Shown piece after piece: positions 37,818-48,968 of a stretch of 64,000 nucleotides of DNA (position 1 is its first letter; every line of letters starts with the position of its first letter). The position numbers and the translations under genes were made by a program. The DNA comes from a virus (taxonomy: Duplodnaviria > Heunggongvirae > Uroviricota > Caudoviricetes), in the IMG/VR virus record IMGVR_UViG_3300045988_158233. One strand, written 5' to 3'. The notes beneath the pieces were generated by a model that was given only the letters and a program-made list of their open reading frames with translations, made no database searches and had not been told where the DNA came from.

Positions 37818-38351
37818 CACCGCTGACAGCATACACAATCAACTGCCGCTGATAGCATATCGAGAGTCTATCTCACCGCTCACAGCATACTTTACTCGAT
37901 TTTTTACCGCTGACAGCATACTTAAGACATTGCATGAATAATGTGTACCGGTATGGGTATAACCAGAACAAAATTACCGCTGGCAGCATACGAAGGTCTG
38001 ATATATGCCATTAATTACCGCTGATAGCATATCCAAACAAAAATTCCTCAATAAAACACCGCTGACAGCATACGTTCTATCAGGGAGCAGCAGGCAATAA
38101 ATACCTTTCACTACAAGTAATCAGCGCAATGGGAATAGAATGTTAGTGAGCGCAAACCTATATGGAATGCACTCTTCGAGGTTAGTAACCACTGGGGAGG
38201 TATAAAAGAGCATTGAGTGGTGATAGATGATTTACCGCTCACAGCATACGTTTATCTCACTATACCGCTGGTAGCATATCTTTAACCGTTCACAGCATAC
38301 TTTTCAGAAAAATAGCCGCTGATAGCATACATTTCACCGCTGACAGCATAT
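37818..38351. repeat. Iteron array downstream of repA (about 12 copies of a 17-bp repeat, consensus yACCGCTGAyAGCATAy)
   Basis: Copies at about 37818, 37844, 37874, 37905, 37975, 38026, 38057, 38233, 38263, 38284, 38314, 38335; irregular spacing; all in the same orientation. Confidence 0.8.
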
Positions 38352-39445
38352 CAAAGCAGTTTGAGACTATTGGAAAGGATCTCAATCATCTTGATATTTT
38401 CAGGCGTCAAATTCTGCGAAAGTTCAGTTATCTTGTTGATAATGTTCTGTTTAGCATCAATTTCCCCGGCTTTCTCATCTGGTTTTTTGGGTTCGATGTC
38501 TTCAGGTTTTGGCGGTGCGACTTTAAGTTTTGGATTGCGGCTGTGAATCTGGATATAGATCGACCGCCCTCGCTTAATCTCGCTGTATTCGAGATAGCCC
38601 AAATCTTGGAGAGCTTTTAAGCCGTTACGTATAGTCTGATTCTGCGAGCTTACATTCCTGCTACTCAAATTGAGTCGCGCACGCAATCGAGCAAGCGATA
38701 CCGGCGCAGGCTTGGTTGGAAGACTTTCGATGAAGGTGTACAGAGCCTGTGCTGTTTCTTTGCGTGGTAGCTTATTGATAACCTTTAACTGCAAAAGAAC
38801 CTTATGGTCAAAGCGATATAGTTCGGCCAGCTTCGGTTCTGCATAGAACACCACCGTATCTTTCTGCTCGTTGTAGTCCACGCTATTGATGAGGTGCACC
38901 ATCAGAAGCGAGATCTTGTTAGAGCCGTCGACGTTCTTTTCTTCATACGTTCTCTGGAAAGACAGAGTTGTACGCATGATCTTCAAAAGACTGTTTGTAA
39001 GCCGGTCGCGGAGTGTTTTGCGGATCTGTGACGATGGATAGCCACAAAACTTCGCAAATTTCGTGATGCTTAACTCGACACGACCGTTAGGTTCGCCGTA
39101 TTCTGCCAGCGAACGCACAACGCCCACCCACGTTTTGAAATCATGATCCATGTCGAGACGAGGACCGGTTATCTTGATATCGGAATAGCCTTCAGAACGG
39201 GCTACTTCGAGCTGAACAAGCTCCTTTGAAGCATCGATCTCATTTGGCTTGTTACGCTTGCTGTATTTTGTCCCCTTGAGCGTGGGCACGAACAATCCCA
39301 GCCGCATCAACGCAATTGGTTGGACTGTATTGTTGCTATTAGGGACAAGTTCCCCTGTGTACAATTCAAGGGAACCTTCTTCAAAGTTGTCGAGATTATC
39401 TTCTACTTCTTTGTTATTTTTACCTTTTTTATTTTTTGTGGACAT
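38351..39445 (-). CDS. repA: Iteron-type plasmid replication initiator (RepA-like)
   Basis: Minus-strand ORF flanked on both sides by iteron arrays; start trimmed to the Met (MSTKNKKGK...) that does not overlap the upstream iterons; basic N-terminus, ~365 aa. Confidence 0.65.
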   Translation of the reverse strand: MSTKNKKGKNNKEVEDNLDNFEEGSLELYTGELVPNSNNTVQPIALMRLGLFVPTLKGTKYSKRNKPNEIDASKELVQLEVARSEGYSDIKITGPRLDMDHDFKTWVGVVRSLAEYGEPNGRVELSITKFAKFCGYPSSQIRKTLRDRLTNSLLKIMRTTLSFQRTYEEKNVDGSNKISLLMVHLINSVDYNEQKDTVVFYAEPKLAELYRFDHKVLLQLKVINKLPRKETAQALYTFIESLPTKPAPVSLARLRARLNLSSRNVSSQNQTIRNGLKALQDLGYLEYSEIKRGRSIYIQIHSRNPKLKVAPPKPEDIEPKKPDEKAGEIDAKQNIINKITELSQNLTPENIKMIEILSNSLKLL

Positions 39446-39464
39446 GTGGACACCTTTGTCATTC

Positions 39465-39567
39465 AACCGCTGACAGCATACTTGATTTGCCGCTGACAGA
39501 ATACCAAAAACAGTTGGCAGCATACGGTGAACCGCTGACAGACTATCAATTACCGCTGACAGCATAC
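39465..39567. repeat. Iteron array upstream of repA (about 5 copies; probable origin/autoregulatory region)
   Basis: Copies of the same repeat at about 39465, 39488, 39515 (partial), 39529, 39551. Confidence 0.75.
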
Positions 39568-39766
39568 ATGAACATGGCTTCAGACCAGTCGTGGCGCGGC
39601 TTACAGCGATCGGGGATCTTATTTGATCTATACAAGGATCTATCTATGGATCTCTTTATTGGGATCTATCCTGTGGATATGTGAATAATTAAAACAGGCA
39701 TTTACTACCTTCGGCGCACCTGGTGGGTTATCGTTGCCTCGGCTAACAATCACAGAAAAATGACAT

Positions 39767-40411
39767 ATGGATCTAAAACGCACGCGCTGGGTTCGTCGTC
39801 TTGAAGACGGCTCCTACACTATCGAATCAAATTCCAACCTGAATAAGCAGAAGTTGCTTTGTGACATCTGCGGTATAGCGGCGAAGTGCCCGATCTACGA
39901 AACCAGAATTAAACTTGATAAGGCTGGTGTGAATTTTCATTTAAACAGTTGCATCAGGTACGTTCCATTACTCGCATTTCGTAAACCGATCATCGGATTG
40001 GATGCTCCCTACTTCAACACACTCCGTTCAGGTGTGACGTGGCGAGATCGTTTATCACCAGACAAGCTGATTTGCCTCGTATCCGCAGACACAGGGAAAA
40101 TCATCCGTTTTGGGAAAGTAGACAAGGTTTACTCAGGCCCAGTAGACGAAATGTTGCGGAAACACAGCCGGTTTAATCATCTCTGTATGGGTGGTGAGAA
40201 AATCGAGAAGGTAGAAGAAGTGATCCGCAAATCCTACGGACACTTTCTGACCAAAGATAGCCTGCTCACCGCAATCTACATCAGACATGTAAAACGTGAG
40301 TTCGACCTCGAATACCACAGCGAAGAAGAGCTTAACCTTGTTGACCCACGTCCAAAAGCTGGCGTCATAAGCATAAACGCAGCGCGTAAAAAGCCCACTG
40401 ACGCGCTGTAA
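39767..40411 (+). CDS. Hypothetical protein
   Basis: 214-aa ORF. Confidence 0.45.
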   Translation: MDLKRTRWVRRLEDGSYTIESNSNLNKQKLLCDICGIAAKCPIYETRIKLDKAGVNFHLNSCIRYVPLLAFRKPIIGLDAPYFNTLRSGVTWRDRLSPDKLICLVSADTGKIIRFGKVDKVYSGPVDEMLRKHSRFNHLCMGGEKIEKVEEVIRKSYGHFLTKDSLLTAIYIRHVKREFDLEYHSEEELNLVDPRPKAGVISINAARKKPTDAL

Positions 40412-40665
40412 CCCTCCAGATCGTATATTGGCGTAGATAGAATCTACGCCCCCTCAAAATAGCTCTCATAGCGTTCTACAGTGATCCTGTCTTATTTTTA
40501 GTCATACAGACAAGCAAAGTTGCGCCACGATAAATAGGTATATACTTACTTATAAATTTTGTATATTAAGGCGCTCGTTTCATTCCTAACATACCGTTAT
40601 GCATAGTTGTTTACCTCCTCATTGCTCTTAGAATTTGTATCAAAATAACCACAAAGGAAAAATAC

Positions 40666-41751
40666 ATGACTTTGCCATACGGCGTCATTTCTGACTGCCA
40701 CTACCACAAATGGGATGCGTTCTCCACGACGAACGCTGAGGGGCTTAACTCCAGACTTGAAATACAGTTGGAAGCAACGAAAGAAGCAGCCATCGCCATG
40801 AAGAAGGCCGGTTGTAAGTACATGTTGGTTGCCGGTGATACATTTCACGTCCGAGGAACTGTGTCCCCTTCTGTTTTGCATTACGTAACTGAAACGTACA
40901 AGTGGATTATCAACGAGCTTGATCTGACAGTAGTAATGCTGGCCGGTAATCACGATCTTGAAACCAACGATTCAGTATATAGCGCCAACGCAGCAGCATC
41001 GCTGAGTTCTATCGGCGTGGTAATCGTATGTGGCAAGCGCCCACACTCAATAAAAATTGGTGATGTGACTGTCCACCTGATTAGCTGGCGTAACAATCAT
41101 GCGGAACTTATCAGCGATCTGAAAGCATTACGTAAGAGCGTAGAAGGTGATAATCATGACGTTGTTATCCATACATCCATTAACAAAGCCATTCCAACAA
41201 TGCCTGACGTCGGTATCGATGCGCAGGAGTTAAAGGATATCGGCTTTCGTCTCGTGCTTAGTGGGCATTACCACAACCACAAAGAGGTCATTCCTGGAGT
41301 TATCAGTGTCGGTGCACTGACTCATCAAAATTGGGGAGATGTTGGATCTCTGGCTGGCTACATGATCGTAAACCCGGACGGCAGTTTCAGTCACTACGAA
41401 ACCAGTGCGCCTAAATTCATTAACCTGGAAGATGATGTTGCTGATGACCAAATTCGCGGCAACTACGTGCGTTTCCGCGCCGTAATTGAGAACGATGAAG
41501 AAGGCATTAAGTACCAGAACATCCTCAAAACAATGGGTGCAAAAGGTGTCGTGTGCAACTTCATCCGTAAGTCATCAATGATGGAAGGGACAGCCAGCAC
41601 AACTGAAACCAGCAAAATCGATAGCCTAGGAGAGTCGGTATCTGCTTATTGCAAGATTGTCCACGATACTGACGGCGGATTTGATCTGAGCAAATTGGAT
41701 ATTTTGTGTCAGGAAATCCTCACCGAAGCGGAGAGTTCGGAGGCTGTGTGA
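40666..41751 (+). CDS. sbcD: SbcD/Mre11-family nuclease
   Basis: Calcineurin-like phosphoesterase motifs: GVISDCHYH, LVAGDTFH, AGNHD, GHYH; directly upstream of a Rad50/SbcC-like ATPase. Confidence 0.75.
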   Translation: MTLPYGVISDCHYHKWDAFSTTNAEGLNSRLEIQLEATKEAAIAMKKAGCKYMLVAGDTFHVRGTVSPSVLHYVTETYKWIINELDLTVVMLAGNHDLETNDSVYSANAAASLSSIGVVIVCGKRPHSIKIGDVTVHLISWRNNHAELISDLKALRKSVEGDNHDVVIHTSINKAIPTMPDVGIDAQELKDIGFRLVLSGHYHNHKEVIPGVISVGALTHQNWGDVGSLAGYMIVNPDGSFSHYETSAPKFINLEDDVADDQIRGNYVRFRAVIENDEEGIKYQNILKTMGAKGVVCNFIRKSSMMEGTASTTETSKIDSLGESVSAYCKIVHDTDGGFDLSKLDILCQEILTEAESSEAV

Positions 41752-41980
41752 AGCAAAGTCGTTATGGGAGCTTTCGAGACTTTGCCATCACGATGAAAAG
41801 ACTTGAACGAGGCCAGACGGTGATGTTTCACAAGCCCTACCCGCCACAAGGAAATCCCGTAGCGTTTTATCTTGGAAGGTTAACAAGAAAAGGCGTATTG
41901 AGGCGCAGATCCTTCCCGGCGCATACGGAGTTCAGATTGAAAGAAGGCCAAAAGCTAACACACGGTATCAGAGGTGTTAT

Positions 41981-43897
41981 ATGAAGTTTTTAAAGCTCCA
42001 GGTTGAGAATTTTATGGCTATCGCCAGCGCGGAGGTCGAGTTAGATCAGCGTGGTTTAGTGCTCATTCAGGGTGTTAATAGTGATGATAGTTCCGCATCA
42101 AGTAATGGCTCTGGAAAGTCAACTCTAATGAATAGCCTGATGTGGTGTCTTTATGGCGAAACAGCTCATGGTGTGAAGGGTGACGATGTGTTGTCTACCG
42201 ACCATGAAAAGAACTGTCGTGTTGCAGTAACCATCGAGGATGAAGGCAAGAGATACGCAATCATTCGTCACCGTAAACACAAAGAGTTCAAAAATCGTCT
42301 TATCGTTCGTGGTGAAGATGGCGATATGACGAAAGGCAAAGATGCGCTGACGCAGGAGTTCGTCGAGCGTCTGATCGGTGCATCTAAAGAGGTTTTCATG
42401 GCTTCCATCTATGCGAGCCAAGAAGCTATGCCAGATTTACCTGGAATGTCCGACAAAAACCTCAAAACCATCGTAGAAGAAGCCGCTGGCGTTGACAGAC
42501 TGACACGCGCCTACGCTATTGCTCGTGAGCGAGCTAATGCAGCTGCCGCACGTATGGATGTGGTTAAAACCAAATTGGAGTCGACAATCTCGACCATTGA
42601 GGCAACACAGTCAGAAATTGAGTCAGCGAAAGCCTCCTCTGAATCATGGGAGCAAGAGCGTTCTAAACGTTATGACGATGCCCTGGCTGGGCTGGCCAGT
42701 GCCGAAGTTGAGTTAACGGAAGTTGAACTTGAGATCCGCACTCTTCCCGAACAGATACGTGATACCGAGAAGGCAATCGAAAGTGAGCGCAAAAAGTTAG
42801 CCTCAAAAGAAGAACATGACGCCAAGTTGCTCAAAGTTCGTGGTGCGATAACTGATATTCGGGCAAGCATCAAAGCTACAGAAAATAGTCAGGCTGATGC
42901 AATGAACCGCGCGCGTAATTTTAAGACCAAAGCAGAAGAGGTTGGTACTAAAGTGGGATCACCATGCCCTACTTGTGGCAAAGCCTACTGCGAAGAAGAT
43001 CTATCAACGGTGAAGGAGAATTTCATTGAACAAGCACGTCAGGAAATTGGTCAGGCGAAGACACTTGCAGAGGCAATGGCTAAACACAAAACGAATCTTG
43101 AGAAAGCGTTAAGCATTGAGTCTGCCCTTGTTAAAACGACACCTGATGTAACGGCTATCATTGCCCGGATTGAAGAGCTTACGAAACAACTCTCATCTTT
43201 GCGTCATCGTGAGAAGGAGGTTGTTGCTATTGAGTCTCTTGTGACTCGTGCTCGTACTGAGGTCGATCGTATATCAAAAGAGATTAATCCGTTTATTGCT
43301 CTTATCGCCAGACACGAAGATAACTTGGTATCCAGTAAGTCTACCTTCAAGTCCTTAAAAGATGAGTTGAAGGCTATTCAGGAACAAACGTTGCTATTGG
43401 AAAAAGCTCGTCAGGTCTACTCTCCTGCCGGGGTGCGTTCTCATATTTTGACGTCTGTTACGCCTTTCCTGAATACACGCACTGCCGAGTATCTCAATAC
43501 GTTGTCTGACGGGAATATTACTGCTGAGTGGTCGACGATGGATGTCACTAAAAAAGGTGAGTATCGCGACAAATTCAACATTAGTGTGCAGAAGAAAGGT
43601 TCAAGTAAGTCGTTCCAGACCCTCTCTGGTGGTGAGAAGCGGAAGGTTCGCATTGCGTGTTCTTTGGCATTGCAGGATCTGGTTAGTAACCGGGCGAGTA
43701 AAAACATCGATTTGTTTATCGGCGACGAAATTGACGATGCACTCGATACAGCCGGTCTTGAACGCCTCATGGGTATTCTGGAGTCCAAAGCTCGCGAGCG
43801 AGGTACTGTGCTGATTATCTCCCATAAAGAGATGAAGTCATGGTTCCGGGAAACTATTACGCTGGAAGTTAAAGAGGGGCGCAGCTATGTCGTTTAA
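41981..43897 (+). CDS. sbcC: SbcC/Rad50-family ATPase
   Basis: Walker A GSGKSTLMNSL at the N-terminus, long central coiled coil with CPTCGK zinc-hook-like motif, ABC signature LSGGEKRK and Walker B FIGDEIDDALD at the C-terminus. Confidence 0.8.
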   Translation: MKFLKLQVENFMAIASAEVELDQRGLVLIQGVNSDDSSASSNGSGKSTLMNSLMWCLYGETAHGVKGDDVLSTDHEKNCRVAVTIEDEGKRYAIIRHRKHKEFKNRLIVRGEDGDMTKGKDALTQEFVERLIGASKEVFMASIYASQEAMPDLPGMSDKNLKTIVEEAAGVDRLTRAYAIARERANAAAARMDVVKTKLESTISTIEATQSEIESAKASSESWEQERSKRYDDALAGLASAEVELTEVELEIRTLPEQIRDTEKAIESERKKLASKEEHDAKLLKVRGAITDIRASIKATENSQADAMNRARNFKTKAEEVGTKVGSPCPTCGKAYCEEDLSTVKENFIEQARQEIGQAKTLAEAMAKHKTNLEKALSIESALVKTTPDVTAIIARIEELTKQLSSLRHREKEVVAIESLVTRARTEVDRISKEINPFIALIARHEDNLVSSKSTFKSLKDELKAIQEQTLLLEKARQVYSPAGVRSHILTSVTPFLNTRTAEYLNTLSDGNITAEWSTMDVTKKGEYRDKFNISVQKKGSSKSFQTLSGGEKRKVRIACSLALQDLVSNRASKNIDLFIGDEIDDALDTAGLERLMGILESKARERGTVLIISHKEMKSWFRETITLEVKEGRSYVV

Positions 43898-44630
43898 ATT
43901 AAGCCGCTCGCAGTTTTTGCAGGTATTTGCAGTGATGCAGTCGATAAAACTGATCAATGGGCATACTTCCAATGGTGCGGCTCCACGTATTCTGTGGGGC
44001 AGCAACAATATTGACGGAGTACAATTCGCCGCGTTGCTTGGTCTAATATCCGAGACGCCATTGATGCAAAGTTTGAAATCACTACCACCTGGATGTATTG
44101 CGCCGATCCTGATTAATCCTTTTGTTGAGGGGGGATATCTTCCCAACGTCGGGCCTGGGTTTATTGCATCCCATGAAACTGAAGATCTTAACATTAATAG
44201 CGAAGGGTTCTTTGGGGGAATGGGTGCGCATCACTGTATGGCTTTCACGAACCTTATTCGACTTGCCAATAAGCGGGTGGATAGTTTGGCATCGCCAGGT
44301 GATGCTTTTACTGGTTTCCTTATCCAAAGGAGGGATAAAAAGTACAGTGCGGACAAACTACAGTTTGTTGGTAAGTATGGAGAAATGGTAGAAATCGAAC
44401 TTCAGCTCCCTCATGTTTTAGCAAACGATAGTGCAGACAGTCGGAGGCTGTTGGGCATCATGCGTCATTTCATAGCAAGTGGTGTTAAACATGCCGCAGA
44501 TAAACGTGTCACGCAGGAAAATGAGTATTCAGACTTTGCAAACTATCCCCAACCAACGTTGCAAACGGCAATAGTAGCCAATTCGTTGGAGGCGAGATTA
44601 TTGGAAAACCCTATATGGGGAACATGGTAA
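43887..44630 (+). CDS. Hypothetical protein
   Basis: 247-aa ORF. Confidence 0.45.
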   Translation: MSFKLSRSQFLQVFAVMQSIKLINGHTSNGAAPRILWGSNNIDGVQFAALLGLISETPLMQSLKSLPPGCIAPILINPFVEGGYLPNVGPGFIASHETEDLNINSEGFFGGMGAHHCMAFTNLIRLANKRVDSLASPGDAFTGFLIQRRDKKYSADKLQFVGKYGEMVEIELQLPHVLANDSADSRRLLGIMRHFIASGVKHAADKRVTQENEYSDFANYPQPTLQTAIVANSLEARLLENPIWGTW

Positions 44631-44639
44631 GGAGACTAT

Positions 44640-45209
44640 ATGAGTAAAAAAATCAGCGTAGTTGGTGTTGATCCCTCAATGAGCAACTTTGGGCTTGCTG
44701 TGGGCACTTTAGACCTTGAGACGGACGAACTTGAGATTCACGGCCTTACTCTTGTTGAGACTAAAGCGGGGAGTAACAAAAAGACCGTTCGTGTGAACAG
44801 TGACGATCTGCGCCGAGCCAGTGAAATATGGCGTGTTGCGAAGCCAATCATTGATAAGGCAAATATGGTTTTTTGTGAGCTACCGGTTGGGAGCCAAAAC
44901 TCTCGTTCGCAGACGTCTTACGGTATTTGTATCGGTGTACTTGCGTGTGTGGATAAGCCATTGATCCAGGTTACTCCAAACGAAATCAAGCATTTTGTCG
45001 GCAATAAACTTACTACATCGAAAGAAGAGATTATCCAGTGGGCTACGAAAAAACACCCTAAAGCACCGTGGCTGCGTCGTAAGCAATCTGGACAGGATGT
45101 TCTCGTGAACAAAAACGAACATTTGGCTGATGCGGTGGCTGCCATCCATACCGGTATGCAAACAGATCAGTTCCGCCAGGTGCGCGATGTTCTTAAGTCT
45201 CTCATTTGA
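44640..45209 (+). CDS. Putative RuvC-like Holliday-junction resolvase
   Basis: 189 aa; N-terminal VVGVDPSMSNFGLAV resembles the first catalytic-Asp strand of RuvC/RNase H-fold resolvases; lies after SbcCD. Confidence 0.4.
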   Translation: MSKKISVVGVDPSMSNFGLAVGTLDLETDELEIHGLTLVETKAGSNKKTVRVNSDDLRRASEIWRVAKPIIDKANMVFCELPVGSQNSRSQTSYGICIGVLACVDKPLIQVTPNEIKHFVGNKLTTSKEEIIQWATKKHPKAPWLRRKQSGQDVLVNKNEHLADAVAAIHTGMQTDQFRQVRDVLKSLI

Positions 45210-45282
45210 TTTCATTGATAGGTAAGTGCTTATCTATTAACATGAGCCACTATATTTAGTGGCCCTCTTTATTTGGTGATAC

Positions 45283-47642
45283 ATGATAAGCATCGTAAAA
45301 CGTAACGGCCAAACAGAGCCGTTATCCGAAGAAAAATACAACCGCGTCGTAATGTATGGCGTAGAAGGCATTCGTGGTGTAAGCGCATCCGCTGTAGCAA
45401 TGGGAGCTGCGGCCAGCATTTTTGATGGGATTACCACCAGCCAGTTGCATGAGGCTTTGGTTAAATCTGCCGCTGATTTGATCTCACCAGAAGCACCAAA
45501 TTACTCACAGGTGGCTGCCCGCCTGAACATTTTTAAAATCCGCAAAGATGCCTTCGGTCGTTACGACTATCCGAACTTCTACCAACACATTGTCAAGAAC
45601 GTTAACAAGGGCGTTTATGACAAGGATTTGCTGACACATTATTCGTTTGAAGAGATCGAAGAACTCGGCAATTACATTAAGCCGAAACGTGACGATCTTT
45701 TTGGCTATGCAGCTACGGTGCAGTTGCAAAGCAAATACCTCGTTCAAAACCGTGTTACTGGTGAGATTCATGAGGGGCCGCAACATATCTATATGCTGGT
45801 AGGCATGTGTCTGTTCCAGAATTGGGAAGACGACTGCGCTGGCAAAACACGTATGGAGATGGTCAAAGGTTTCTATGACGTTACAAGTACGTTCAAACTG
45901 TCTCTGCCCACACCAATCATGGCCGGCGTCCGTACTCCAACCCGTCAGTTCTCCAGTTGTGTGCTGATTGAGTCTGGCGATAGTCTGAAAGGGATTAGTG
46001 CAGCTTCAGCCGCAATTATCGACTACGTTTCACGTCGTGCTGGAATTGGTATTGGTTTTGGCCGTATCCGTGCGCTGGGCAGCGAGATCCGCAATGGTGA
46101 AGCCACCCATACTGGAGTTATTCCATTCCTGAAGCATTTCCAGACGGCTGTTAAATCTTGTTCGCAAGGTGGTGTTCGTGGTGGCGCAGCAACAGCGTTT
46201 TACCCGATCTGGCATCTTGAAGTTGAAAGTCTGCTGGTGGTGAAAAATAACCGTGGTATTGATGAAAACCGCGTTCGCCATCTTGATTACGGCGTCATGA
46301 GTAACCGTCTAATGTACCGTCGACTCGTCAGAAGCGAGAACATCACTCTGTTCAGCCCGCATGATGTGCCTGATATGTACGAAGCCTTCTTCACAGACCA
46401 GGAGCTGTTTGAAAAGCTGTACCATAAATACGAAGCCGATGATTCAATTCGCAAGAAGTCAGTACCTGCCATTGAGCTGTTCTCATCTCTGATGCAGGAA
46501 CGAGCGTCCACGGGCCGAATTTATATTGCGAACGTCGATCATATTAATGAGCATGGCGCTTTCATTCCTGCTCTTGCACCTGTTCGCCAGTCAAACCTGT
46601 GTATGGAGATCACCCTACCCACCCGTCCACTGGCATTTACCGACGACCCGAACGGTGAGATCGCGCTATGCACTTTATCCGCTTTTAACCTCGGAGCCAT
46701 CCGTTCACTGGAGTCTCTTAAAGAGGTGGCGTTCTATGCCGTTGCTGCACTGGATTCGTTACTGGATTATCAAGACTATCCGATGGAGGCAGGCCGAGTT
46801 GCCCGCCACTCAAAGTTGCTTATCCGATGGAGGCAGCCGAAGTGCCTGCCAAAGCTCGTCGTAGCTTGGGAATTGGTGTAACCAACTTTGCTTATTACCT
46901 GGCAAAGAATGGCGTTCGTTATTCTGATACCGCTGGCAATAAACTGGTGCATGAAACGTTCGAAGCTATCCAGTATTACCTTCTTGATGCCAGCTGCCGA
47001 CTTGCTGAAGCAAAAGGTGAGTGTGACTGGTTTGAGCAGACCAAATACGCAATTGGTCAGTTGCCGATCGACCATTACCGTTCTTCATTAGACGAAAGTG
47101 GCGAAACCAACTTTGAGTTAAAGATGCCGTGGGAAGAACTGCGTGAACGTATTGCAAAATACGGCCTTCGCAACTCCACTCTGACGGCACAAATGCCATG
47201 CGAGACTTCCAGCCAGATCACTAATTCCACCAACGGCATCGAACCGCCTCGTGGCCCGGTGTCAGTGAAATCTTCTAAGGACGGCATCGTCAAGATGGTC
47301 GTGCCTGAGTTTGAAAAACTGAAGGAACAGTATGAATACCTGTGGGATATGCCGGACAACCGCGGCTATCTGACAAAGGTGGCGATCATCCAGAAGTTCT
47401 TTGACCAGGCTATTTCGGCCAATACCAACTATGACCCTTCTCGCTTTGAAGGCGATAAAGTCCCAATGATGACGCTACTGTCAGATTTGCTTCTCGCCTA
47501 CAAGATGGGAGTTAAAACGCTTTACTACCACAACACCAGAGATGGTGCAGGAAAGCGTGATGACGACGAACCGCAGAATCCACTGGCGCAAGCTGTAGCC
47601 GTCGAGCCAGAAGATGAGTGCGACGGAGCCTGCAAAATCTGA
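45283..47642 (+). pseudogene. nrdA: Ribonucleotide reductase class Ia large subunit (nrdA), interrupted by a 44-bp imperfect tandem duplication causing a frameshift
   Basis: Track ORFs 45283..46881 and 46827..47642 together match NrdA end to end (ATP-cone N-terminus, PTRQFSSCVLIE, C-terminal CDGACKI). The frame break falls exactly at a duplicated 44-bp unit (copy A 46777..46820, copy B 46821..46864); reading only copy B gives the expected DYQDYPMEAAEVPAKARRSLGIGV. Confidence 0.8.
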
Positions 47643-47704
47643 CATATGGTGGGGGATATCCCCACCTTCTCTTTGATTTGTAAGCCTTGTTTAAACACAT
47701 AAGA

Positions 47705-47717
47705 TAACAACTTGTTT
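47705..47717. promoter_or_regulatory. AACAA-C-TTGTTT palindromic site (family member, left arm imperfect)
   Basis: Upstream of nrdB. Confidence 0.4.
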
Positions 47718-47748
47718 AAACGCACCAAAAAAGAAAAAGGAAAAACAC

Positions 47749-48891
47749 ATGTCATATTCAACGTTCCGTTTGGGTGCTAATGATGCAACCAAAGAGCCTA
47801 TGTTCCTCGGACAATCTGTCAACGTGGCACGTTACGATCAGCAAAAATACCGTGATTTTGAAAAGTTGATTGAACGTCAATTGTCTTTCTTCTGGCGGCC
47901 GGAAGAAGTTGATATTTCGAGCGATCGTATCGACTTCAACACGAAGCTGCGGGACCACGAACGTCACATTTTTCTGAGCAATCTCCGTTATCAAACGTTA
48001 CTCGATTCAGTTCAGGGACGTAGTCCAAATGCAACGCTGCTGCCGCTTATCTCTATTCCTGAACTGGAAACGTGGGTTGAAACGTGGTCTTTCTCTGAGA
48101 CTATCCATAGCCGCAGCTACACCCACATTATTCGTGGCATGGTGGACGATCCGAGCATTGTTTTTGACGGTATTGTTACGGATGAAGAAATCATCAACCG
48201 AGCGATCAGTATCTCTGCTGAATATGACAGGCTTTATGGGATGACCTGCGAGCGCCAGTCGTTAGGTGAGAAGGAGTTTGAACGTCTGTACGTAAATGAA
48301 TATGGCTGGGAGCCATACCCTTTGCACCGTCAGCTTTTCCGCACGTTGGTGTCCATTAATGCGCTTGAGGCGATCCGTTTCTATGTAAGTTTTGCATGTA
48401 CGTTTGCCTTTGGCGAACGGAAGTTGCTTGAGGGTAACACCAAAATTATGCGCTTTATTGCCCGTGATGAAGCTCTGCATTGCGAAGGAACTGAACGCAT
48501 GATCCGCTTCATGCGTACCGGTCGCGAAGGTTTATTGTGGAAAGAGATTGCTGCTGATGAAGAAAACGTCATTTACGACACCATGAAATCAGTCGCCGAA
48601 CAAGAAATGAACTGGGCAGACTATCTCTTCAAAGACGGTTCGATGATTGGTTTAAACGCGGATATTCTCAAAACCTATGTAAAATACCGCACCAATCTGG
48701 CTATGAATCGTCTTGGCCTGAAGGCTTTATTTCCAGAGGTTACCACCGATCCGCTGGTCTGGATGAACAAGTGGTTGTTAACCGACACACTGCAAATTGC
48801 ACCACAAGAGGCAGAGCAAAGCACATATCTGGTAGGTCAGATCGATTCTACCGTGGATAAGGCTTCTCTAAGCCAGTTTGCTGACCTGTAA
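47749..48891 (+). CDS. nrdB: Ribonucleotide reductase class Ia small subunit
   Basis: 380 aa, alignable by eye to enterobacterial NrdB along its length ([18 protein letters not shown]..., [35 protein letters not shown]). Confidence 0.9.
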   Translation: MSYSTFRLGANDATKEPMFLGQSVNVARYDQQKYRDFEKLIERQLSFFWRPEEVDISSDRIDFNTKLRDHERHIFLSNLRYQTLLDSVQGRSPNATLLPLISIPELETWVETWSFSETIHSRSYTHIIRGMVDDPSIVFDGIVTDEEIINRAISISAEYDRLYGMTCERQSLGEKEFERLYVNEYGWEPYPLHRQLFRTLVSINALEAIRFYVSFACTFAFGERKLLEGNTKIMRFIARDEALHCEGTERMIRFMRTGREGLLWKEIAADEENVIYDTMKSVAEQEMNWADYLFKDGSMIGLNADILKTYVKYRTNLAMNRLGLKALFPEVTTDPLVWMNKWLLTDTLQIAPQEAEQSTYLVGQIDSTVDKASLSQFADL

Positions 48892-48968
48892 ACCGATACA
48901 AAGCATTATGTGGCCTGGCAACGCTGGGCCACAATGGATCACAAGAATTAAGAAGGAACAAAACTAGC

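Noticed and set aside
37818-38351. Possible CRISPR array (short direct repeats with intervening unique sequence)
   Set aside because: Repeats are only ~17 bp, imperfect, irregularly spaced, present on both sides of a rep gene, with no cas genes nearby. These are replicon iterons.
46777-46864. Intein or group I intron interrupting nrdA
   Set aside because: The interruption is only 44 bp and is a tandem copy of the adjacent sequence. It has neither intein length nor intron structure.
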